Assembly: GCF_000172995.2 (NCBI RefSeq)
Contig: NC_014731.1
Location: 300,001 to 332,000 of the forward strand
Source of the DNA: Halogeometricum borinquense DSM 11551
GTDB taxonomy: Archaea; Halobacteriota; Halobacteria; Halobacteriales; Haloferacaceae
Length of the DNA: 32,000 bases
Direction: 5' to 3'
The notes under the pieces: generated by a model
Database searches by the model: none
Seen by the model: the letters and a program-made list of their open reading frames with translations, nothing else
Told to the model about the DNA's origin: nothing
Shown: piece by piece, positions 25,868-32,000 of the stretch
How positions within the stretch are numbered: position 1 is the stretch's first letter
How the letters are laid out: each line of letters starts with the position of its first letter
Program-made: the position numbers and the translations under genes

Positions 25868-26635
25868 ATGGAGACAACAATCCGAAAGCGCCATGACATC
25901 CTAGAGGAACTCGTCGATAGCTCGCAGTCAAAGCCAGATTTGGTCTCTCAGATGGACCTTTCGAGGTCAACAATCGACCGAGGAGTGAACGAGTTGCTTG
26001 AGCACGACTGCATAACGAGGACTGGTTCGACCTACGAAGCCACGGAAACCGGTCGGTTAGCCATCAGAGAATACGAGCGGTACCTCCGGTTTGTAGAAAC
26101 CATAAAAGCATCACCGAAAATACTCAACGAAGTTCCGACGAATACGTTTGACACCGTTTTCTTACGAGATGCAGATTTCGATCTCGTTGACGACCAGCAA
26201 CCGTGGGCGGTGCTCGAGAAGAGTACAGAACTTATGAAAAACGCGAAATCTCTGAAAGGCACGGTCCCCGTCATTTTCCAGCGGCATTTTGCTGACTTGA
26301 CTGACTCCTTTGACACTGGCAAGGAAGTGGAACTAATCTGGGACAACTCCCTGTATCACTCGCTGAGTGAGGAAATGCAAGAGATGATAGCTACTTTTCA
26401 GGAGTACGACCAAGCTACAATGTACCGAACTGATTTAACAGATTCATACGCAATCTGGATACTGGACTCTCCGGAAGGAAATCACGCTAGTATCGCGGTC
26501 TTCACGAATGGCGGAATTCGTGGAATCATCCGCAATGATACTTGTGCCGCGGTTGATTGGGCGCTGTCTCAATACGAACAGCGGAAAGAAAGTGCGGTAA
26601 GTATCACGTCGAGACACACCCACAACTGTAACTGA
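25868..26635 (+). CDS. winged-helix transcriptional regulator with DUF1724-type C-terminal domain
   Basis: RKRHDILEELVDSSQSKPDLVSQMDLSRSTIDRGVNELLEHDCITRTGSTYEATETG is an ArsR/MarR-like wHTH. The C-terminal ...YAIWILDSPEGNHASIAVFTNGGIRGIIRNDTCAAVDWA resembles the haloarchaeal DUF1724 family. A GTG at 25850 is an alternative start. Confidence 0.75.
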   Translation: METTIRKRHDILEELVDSSQSKPDLVSQMDLSRSTIDRGVNELLEHDCITRTGSTYEATETGRLAIREYERYLRFVETIKASPKILNEVPTNTFDTVFLRDADFDLVDDQQPWAVLEKSTELMKNAKSLKGTVPVIFQRHFADLTDSFDTGKEVELIWDNSLYHSLSEEMQEMIATFQEYDQATMYRTDLTDSYAIWILDSPEGNHASIAVFTNGGIRGIIRNDTCAAVDWALSQYEQRKESAVSITSRHTHNCN

Positions 26636-26639
26636 AAGA

Positions 26640-27131
26640 CTACTTAGAATTCGCGGTCGTTTGGTCTTTCGGCACTATGTAGTCGTCCACCATTGTTATC
26701 TCCCCGTTGGCCTGTTGGTGCCGCACGAGAATGAAGGTGTCACTGTCAGGAACCCACTCGAACTGAAGCACCAGGAGATACCGGTACAGAGAACGGTTTT
26801 GTTGAGCAGATTCGACGTCTGCTTCCAGTCGGACATCGATGGTAGTGCGAGCCTCATTATTTACCGTAGGCACGTGCGCATAGAGATCGGTAAGTTTTCC
26901 GCTGGAGACAAAGTTACCCGTGATAACGAGTTCTGCTTCGTTTCGTGAGTAGAGTATCTGTGCTGTGTGGTCAGTGTCCGCCGTTTGGTTCTTTCTCCAA
27001 GTGACCTCGCGTGATTCAAGATTGATTGACCGCTCATTCGGGTTCTCGTCAAGTACTGTACATCCCGCAAGCGTTGTTAGTAGTACAGTGCCAACCGTAC
27101 GCCGACTGAGAACGTGATCTCGCTCACTCAT
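26640..27131 (-). CDS. Tat-dependent lipoprotein of unknown function
   Basis: From the ATG at 27131: MSERDHVLSRRTVGTVLLTTLAGCTV, which has a twin-arginine motif followed by a LAGC lipobox. The mature part appears beta-rich. Confidence 0.65.
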   Translation of the reverse strand: MSERDHVLSRRTVGTVLLTTLAGCTVLDENPNERSINLESREVTWRKNQTADTDHTAQILYSRNEAELVITGNFVSSGKLTDLYAHVPTVNNEARTTIDVRLEADVESAQQNRSLYRYLLVLQFEWVPDSDTFILVRHQQANGEITMVDDYIVPKDQTTANSK

Positions 27132-27321
27132 ATCTACGGTTTTGCATGTCATGGGGGATTTATCTTTTCTTTCAGGGTTAGTGATGTGCCTCACTCTCTG
27201 TGGGAATGACCACCTGCTGACAAACTCTCTCAAAGGATACCTAAAAGTATAACAAGATGAAGATTCAGTCAGGAATTAAAATAAAGAAATCAGCAAAATC
27301 ATGATGAAAGTGTCGTATACA

Positions 27322-28386
27322 ATGTCACGAGACAGCGAAAGCGACTTGGCAAAAAATGGCACAGGAGTGACTCGACGAGGCGCGCTGAAAGGCCTCGGTG
27401 GAGTAGTAGTTGGTAGTGCCGCACTTGGGTCGAGTGCAAGCACTGGTGCTGTAGCATACGAAACTGACCCGAACGCAGATTCTAACAAATGCGGACCCAG
27501 ACCGAGCCCATGGAAAGATCATGGTGAATATGATACGCAGTTCCCATCCGGAACTACCCATCACGTATGTTCAGTCCTAGATCTCACTCACTCCCATTAC
27601 GAACCCAAAGACGAAAACCAAAATATAGACGACTACTGGATACACGAGTTTCAATTTAGTAGTCAGGTCAGTGCAGTGGAGACCGAGTCAGGGGATCCCA
27701 CCGACAAGCTCCGGTCTCAAGGAGTTCGGATCAAGAATAACAACACAACGAAAGTCCCAGTTCGTGCAGCGAAAGGCGAGCAAAACAACGCCCTAGCACC
27801 TCAGTCCAACAATCCAGACAATGTCGAGGACTTTAATGGTGCAGTTATCAGCGCAGCCGGTCTTGCAATCACGCTTGCAGAAAAGACTCAGGCGGCGCTC
27901 GTACTGTCTGGTGCCCAACTTGCGAACTCGCTTGGACAGATAGCGTACGACAAAAAGACTCCCGATGACTCCGCGTCATTCATCTGGGAAGGCGGATACA
28001 GTGGAATTGAGAGGGGTGCCCATCAGGTTGTTTTCAGCGTCGCCAACTATCTAACGTCCTCATCTGACACACCGCCCGTCCAGATCAGTGCGCACGCAGG
28101 TCAAGCCTATACTGGTTGGGATCTCAAATTCTCCAAGTGCGACGTCTCAACATCTGGAAAAGATGGGTCCTCCAGTGAGGCGCAGGGACCGATGGGAGAT
28201 CCGCGGAAGATGTCTAAAGCAGAAAAAGAGGAATTCGGGATCAAGGAGGTTCAGCGATCACAACTTGCTAAGGAGGTTGGAGAACACCGTATACAAACTG
28301 AGAATGAACGGGTCTACGTCGCAGAAGACCCGCCAATCTCTGCTACTCCGATGAGTCGGGAGGAAAGTAAAAAACTCTGGGAGTAG
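27322..28386 (+). CDS. Tat-secreted protein, candidate halocin H4-like archaeocin precursor
   Basis: MSRDSESDLAKNGTGVTRRGALKGLGGVVVGSAALGSSASTGAVA/YETD is a Tat signal. There is a central uncharged hydrophobic stretch, then PDDSASFIWEGGYSG, and a C-terminal EEFGIKEV...ERVYVAEDP. The layout matches halocin H4 as I recall it; this is unverified. Confidence 0.6.
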   Translation: MSRDSESDLAKNGTGVTRRGALKGLGGVVVGSAALGSSASTGAVAYETDPNADSNKCGPRPSPWKDHGEYDTQFPSGTTHHVCSVLDLTHSHYEPKDENQNIDDYWIHEFQFSSQVSAVETESGDPTDKLRSQGVRIKNNNTTKVPVRAAKGEQNNALAPQSNNPDNVEDFNGAVISAAGLAITLAEKTQAALVLSGAQLANSLGQIAYDKKTPDDSASFIWEGGYSGIERGAHQVVFSVANYLTSSSDTPPVQISAHAGQAYTGWDLKFSKCDVSTSGKDGSSSEAQGPMGDPRKMSKAEKEEFGIKEVQRSQLAKEVGEHRIQTENERVYVAEDPPISATPMSREESKKLWE

Positions 28387-28394
28387 GAAGGGTG

Positions 28395-28742
28395 TCAAGG
28401 TTGGCTGATGGCATTATGGTACGCGGCGAAGGCTTTGGCCCAGCGGTCGACTGATTTCTAGGAGCTATTGTGGGGAACTGGCTGTGAACCGCCCCGGGGT
28501 CAAGCCCCGAGGCACTCGCCTTGTTTTCTCTGTAGATCGACTTGATGAACCCAGTTGTGAACGGCGACCTCGCTCCGATCGATCCTAAACCTTCCGAGAT
28601 ACTTACTTACCTCACGCAGCGACATGCCGGCCAAGTGACTGCGGATCCCTATTTCAATCGCCCAGCGCGGCGTTTGATCTCGCTCCACAAACGACAAGTC
28701 GATCTACATGATTCGTTCGCTGAGGCGTTCGATTTCGGTCAT
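28395..28742 (-). mobile_element. IS6-family insertion sequence remnant (transposase with nonsense codon and internal deletion)
   Basis: The minus strand reads MTEIERLSERIM*IDLSFVERDQTPRWAIEIGIRSHLAGMSLREVSKYLGRFRIDRSEVAVHNWVHQVDLQ, an IS6 N-terminal HTH region with TAG where W is expected. This jumps to a C-terminal piece ...SVDRWAKAFAAYHNAISQP* (28395-28460). Confidence 0.6.
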
Positions 28743-28866
28743 AGACACTCTGAAGTGAGCGCCTCATCCTCTAACTTAACCCGAGCGAGCGGTTGTGAAG
28801 CAGGTTTCAGGTGGGTGATGGCCGCCGGAGTAGTTTCAACGAGTGAGTTGATGGCTCCTAGCGAGT

Positions 28867-29808
28867 TTAGTCTTGCGCGAGTGCGGCTTGTAGTTCGTCG
28901 TCGTCAGAGAGACCTTCGAGATCTCCGGTTTGGAGCCGCCAAAGGTCTGTATAGAGTCCATCTTGGGTGACGAGGGACTCGTGCGTTCCTTCCTCTTTGA
29001 GCTCTCCTTTTTCGATAGTAAGGATGTGATCGGCAAATCGGACTGTAGAGATGTTATGCGCGACGACGAACGTCGTGCGGTTCGCGGTAACCTCTCGGAG
29101 TGATTGCTGAATGAGGACCTTCGTTCGATTATCAACGTCGCTGGTTGCCTCGTCGAGAATCATGATTTCGGGGTCGCCGACGACTGCGCGAGCGAGCGCG
29201 ATGCGTTGCCGTTGGCCACCCGAAATCCGGTTGCCGCCTTCACCGACGTCGGTCTCGTATCCGTCGTCGAGGTCCTCGATGAACTCGTGTGCTTTTGCTT
29301 GTTTGGCGGCTTCGACAATTTTGTCTGTGGTTGTGTCTGGGGCTCCGTAGCTGATGTTCTCGGCGACGGTTCCAGCGAAGAGGTACGGGTCCTGACTGAC
29401 ATAGCCGATAGCAGACCGGTAACTGTGTTTCGAAAACTCGCGGATATCGGTGTCGTCGACGGTGATCGTTCCGCTGGTGGGGTCGTAGAAGCGGAAAAGG
29501 AGCTTGAGGATTGTTGATTTCCCGGAGCCAGTCGGGCCGACGATGCCAACGGTGTCGCCGGACTCAGCATGGAAGCTGAGATTATTGATGGCTGGTTCGT
29601 CGATTGATACCCGCCTGCGCCTGAAGACGCAGGAAGATGGCCATGTCTCACTCCGTGCGACGACGGGCGAGGTGCGTCCATCCAGCGATGATGGCTATAG
29701 CGACTACGAGGAATCCCCATGTGAAATGAGAACTGAAAGTACCTCGACGATACCAAACTTAACGCGCGTCGGAAAATCTCTCATACGAATTGCTTCGATA
29801 GCGGACAT
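28867..29808 (-). pseudogene. ABC exporter (ABCB/MsbA-type) remnant: intact-looking NBD without start codon, membrane domain largely missing
   Basis: The in-frame minus translation from about 29610 reads VSIDEPAINNLSFHAESGDTVGIVGPTGSGKSTILKLLFRFYDP...ISGGQRQRIALARAVVGDPEIMILDEATSDVD...TTFVVAHNISTV... It is preceded by a stop at 29695-29697. Upstream there are only short TM-like pieces in other frames. Confidence 0.75.
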
Positions 29809-30050
29809 ACATTAATTCGGCTCTATTGAAATTCTCAGCCGCTGATAATTTTCTGGGGCCGTGCTGAATACAGGGCGTGAGTCGGTCGCTGACAGGTGAA
29901 TATCACTGTACTCGGTGAAGATCGAACGATTCGGACACCTCCATGGAGCCAATGGCTGCTCAGCTAATTCGTGGATATTATTTGGATTGTTGTATGTGAC
30001 GATAATATATAATGTAACTATTTTTATTGTCGGGCTAGAGACTAAACGCA

Positions 30051-30290
30051 ATGTCGGCCGAAAACACAGGAGGAACTGTCGAACGGAGGAGCCTTTGGAG
30101 AATTTTGAAAAAGTACGGCGCCGATTATAAATGATATTTCATTGTAGGAGTCATCACAACCGCATTGACAAATCTCATTGGCCATGCTGCTCCGTTAGTG
30201 CTAGGTTCTGCAATCAATTCGATCTTCACCGATAGTGCTCCGCTGAACATTCCATTCCTTCCTGCGGGCTTGGTACCTACCGTAGAAACC
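30051..30290 (+). pseudogene. N-terminal fragment of a second ABC exporter gene (in-frame TGA, then truncated)
   Basis: MSAENTGGTVERRSLWRILKKYGADYK*YFIVGVITTALTNLIGHAAPLVLGSAINSIFTD...FLPAGLVPT. The TGA at 30130-30132 sits where W is expected. Similarity to TMDs ends near 30290. Confidence 0.55.
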
Positions 30291-30483
30291 AGCGGAGAAA
30301 TCAGGATAGCAAATGAACATCACCACCAGCCCTACGACCTACGGATACATCAAAGTCTCTGCCCAAGAAGAAGACCATGACAGCGTCTGAGAGTACTTCC
30401 TTTCCGACATCACCGAGAGTCAGACTGAGTCTGTCTCCCACGACGAGGAATTCAAAAACGACAAGGTGACAGTCTCGATCACG

Positions 30484-31263
30484 ATGGAGAACGTCGCCCT
30501 CTGCGACCGGACAAATTCTAATTCGGCTGGAATTCTGAATGGAGGCTGGTAGATTCCACCCTTACAAAAATGCTATTGTAATGGTGTAATAGATAACACG
30601 ATTGACGTCCACGTATCCATAATCTGGAGTGATCAATTACCCTCGCTGGTACGCCACAAGCCCAGAACACGACGGTCGGGTCTTAGGGGGAACTACATTA
30701 GTGGACACACGGTATCGGTGACAAATTTCGATTCGATTCTCCACTACATTTTTGAATTCTATCCTAACGAAGAGCAAGATTGCTCGTATATATCGGACTT
30801 ATACCACCATACAGAGGCATTATAGTAGTAGATATGTTATTTTAATATTAAATATCATCCAAGTATGGTGGTACAACCAGAGAACACATCTAGGAACGCA
30901 CTACTGCCTACATCTGCCAATTCCCAACTCTTGCTGATTGGATTGGTGGGAGCCATAGTGATTCGGGTGACTGGCGTATGATTCCATTATACGAAGGAAT
31001 ATATCTTGAAGAGGGTGAGCGTGGTGAGATAGAATTTTTTCAGAGACGGTGAATCAACCGAGACCAACGATTTCCCGCGGAGATTTGAGGATCCCAAAAA
31101 GAACGCTATTGTCCAATATCTCTCAACCACTGAACCGACAGAAAGTGGGCGAGAGCGACGAGCAATGGTCTTTGCCCCAAAAAGAGATAGGACCGAAGAA
31201 ATTGCTGAAATGCTTGCTGACCATATTAGAGATGACTGGTCTTCTACGGAGTGGTTTGCGTGA
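30484..31263 (+). pseudogene. Ski2/Hel308-like SF2 helicase pseudogene (multiple stops and frameshifts)
   Basis: Pieced translation: MENVALCDRTNSNSAGILNGGW*IPPLQKCYCNGVIDNTIDVHVSI (Q/motif I region), IIVVDMLF (DExH position), NALLPTSAN (SAT position), LADWIGGSHSDSGDWRMIPLYEGIYLEEGERGEIEFF, NAIVQYLSTTEPTESGRERRAMVFAPKRDRTEEIAEMLADHI (start of RecA2). Confidence 0.55.
30514..30930 (+). repeat. right arm of the long diverged inverted repeat
   Basis: See the left arm. This arm is embedded in the helicase pseudogene 30484-31263. Confidence 0.85.
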
Positions 31264-31323
31264 GTCTCGCGCTCTCGAAGAGTCGAGAGACACCGTTGAA
31301 GCAACCGTACGGAATCTCCACGA

Positions 31324-31881
31324 ATGCACTTCCTGCCGAAATATCTAGGAGATGCCGTCGTCGTGACTGATCCCGAACCCATCCATAAGGGTAGCATCGA
31401 GATCACGGCACTTAGAAAACTCGTGTACCGGCTCGCTCCAGCAGACCGCGAGTACGATCACGTTGCTGAAGCTGCGTCTGCCGTCGTTGAACGATTCCAG
31501 AGCCTCGAAGAGGAAAGTGAGCAGCTCAGGGATAGACTCGACAAACTTGGCGACATTGGTGAACGGAAGACATCGAAAGAGGAGAAGATAGCGGCTATCG
31601 TCACCTTCGCAGCCCGAAAGAAAGGGGAGAAACCCGCTATCACGGTCAAGCCAAAGACGATCAAAGGCCTAATCGATTTCTCTCGTCGCTATGCCTACGA
31701 TTTAGTTGACGATATGCACGATGAGTATGAGTGGGCACACGACCCGACACAAGTCGATCAGTACGGGATGCTAGAAAAAGATACCTCGCAGAAGGGCATT
31801 CTCATCGACTTCGACGGAGTTCACGGAGACCCCGTACCTGTGAACAAGTTCACCACTGGAACAGCCGAACAGGGCCGCTGA
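31324..31881 (+). CDS. hypothetical protein (N-terminus uncertain; possibly chimeric with the helicase remnant)
   Basis: 185-aa acidic ORF with a coiled-coil segment SLEEESEQLRDRLDKLGDIGERKTSKEEKIAAI and a C-terminal part ...SRRYAYDLVDDM...VNKFTTG. The only ATG in frame is at 31324; a GTG at about 31423 is possible. Confidence 0.45.
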   Translation: MHFLPKYLGDAVVVTDPEPIHKGSIEITALRKLVYRLAPADREYDHVAEAASAVVERFQSLEEESEQLRDRLDKLGDIGERKTSKEEKIAAIVTFAARKKGEKPAITVKPKTIKGLIDFSRRYAYDLVDDMHDEYEWAHDPTQVDQYGMLEKDTSQKGILIDFDGVHGDPVPVNKFTTGTAEQGR

Positions 31882-32000
31882 CTGATGGTACCGTTACGAG
31901 ACAAACCTCCGCCGCGTAAGCCAAGTTTAGAATTCGTGAGGCAGGTTGTGGAAGGAAGGAAGTGTTAGTGGTAGGTAGCTCAGCGGAAGCGCAGCAGAGC

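Noticed and set aside
29160-29756. 198-aa Ser/Pro/Thr-rich minus-strand ORF
   Set aside because: It is an out-of-frame reading of the ABC NBD region. The neighbouring frame gives perfect Walker A, signature and Walker B motifs.
31968-32000. tRNA-like start at the window edge (ggtaggtagctcagcggaagcgcagcagagc)
   Set aside because: tagctcag resembles a D-arm. However, gctc...gcgc cannot form the D-stem, and pairing gctc with the later gagc would need a ~15-nt D-loop. The sequence is cut by the window end, so no cloverleaf can be supported.
1-32000. CRISPR arrays, rRNA genes and regularly spaced short direct repeats
   Set aside because: Reading through all intergenic and AT-rich stretches, I found no repeat-spacer periodicity and no rRNA-like segments.

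Overview
The window looks haloarchaeal. Predicted proteins are strongly acidic, several carry twin-arginine signals, and both IS4-type and IS6-type transposases are present. It is a compositional mosaic. Hand GC counts on sampled 60-nt lines are 63% (601-660), 43% (7321-7380), 47% (9001-9060), 53% (15001-15060), 72% (21421-21480) and 27% (25381-25440).

Layout:
(1) 1-1140: core-like genes, namely the 3' part of a solute-binding protein gene and a CMD/AhpD-like gene.
(2) 1140-12700: AT-rich accessory island. It holds small acidic or membrane ORFs, an IS4-family transposase, an RHH antitoxin next to a decayed RelE/ParE toxin, a 1192-aa helicase IV (HelD)-like protein with unusual extra modules, and a secreted-protein/PH-domain membrane-protein pair.
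(3) 12800-20750: a double zinc-ribbon protein divergent from a 1092-aa XPD/DinG-like helicase that lacks the Fe-S cysteines, then a membrane-anchored AAA+ ATPase and an extended ADP-ribosylglycohydrolase.
(4) 20900-23200: housekeeping-type genes (DUF4177, RNase HI, SfsA).
(5) 23300-24800: a frameshifted nucleotidyltransferase and a high-GC frameshifted pseudogene.
(6) 24800-31300: a second AT-rich accessory region.

In region (6), two diverged ~420-435 bp inverted repeats bracket a 4.8 kb cassette. The repeats read as decayed 5' halves of a Ski2/Hel308-like helicase gene. The cassette carries a wHTH regulator, a Tat lipoprotein, a Tat-secreted protein that I think resembles halocin H4, an IS6 remnant and two ABC-exporter remnants.

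I found no rRNA, no convincing tRNA and no CRISPR array. The candidates most worth follow-up are the inverted-repeat/halocin-like cassette and the helicase-rich block (HelD-like; zinc-ribbon plus XPD-like; TM-AAA plus ARH). All functional calls are motif recognition by eye, and no database search was possible.
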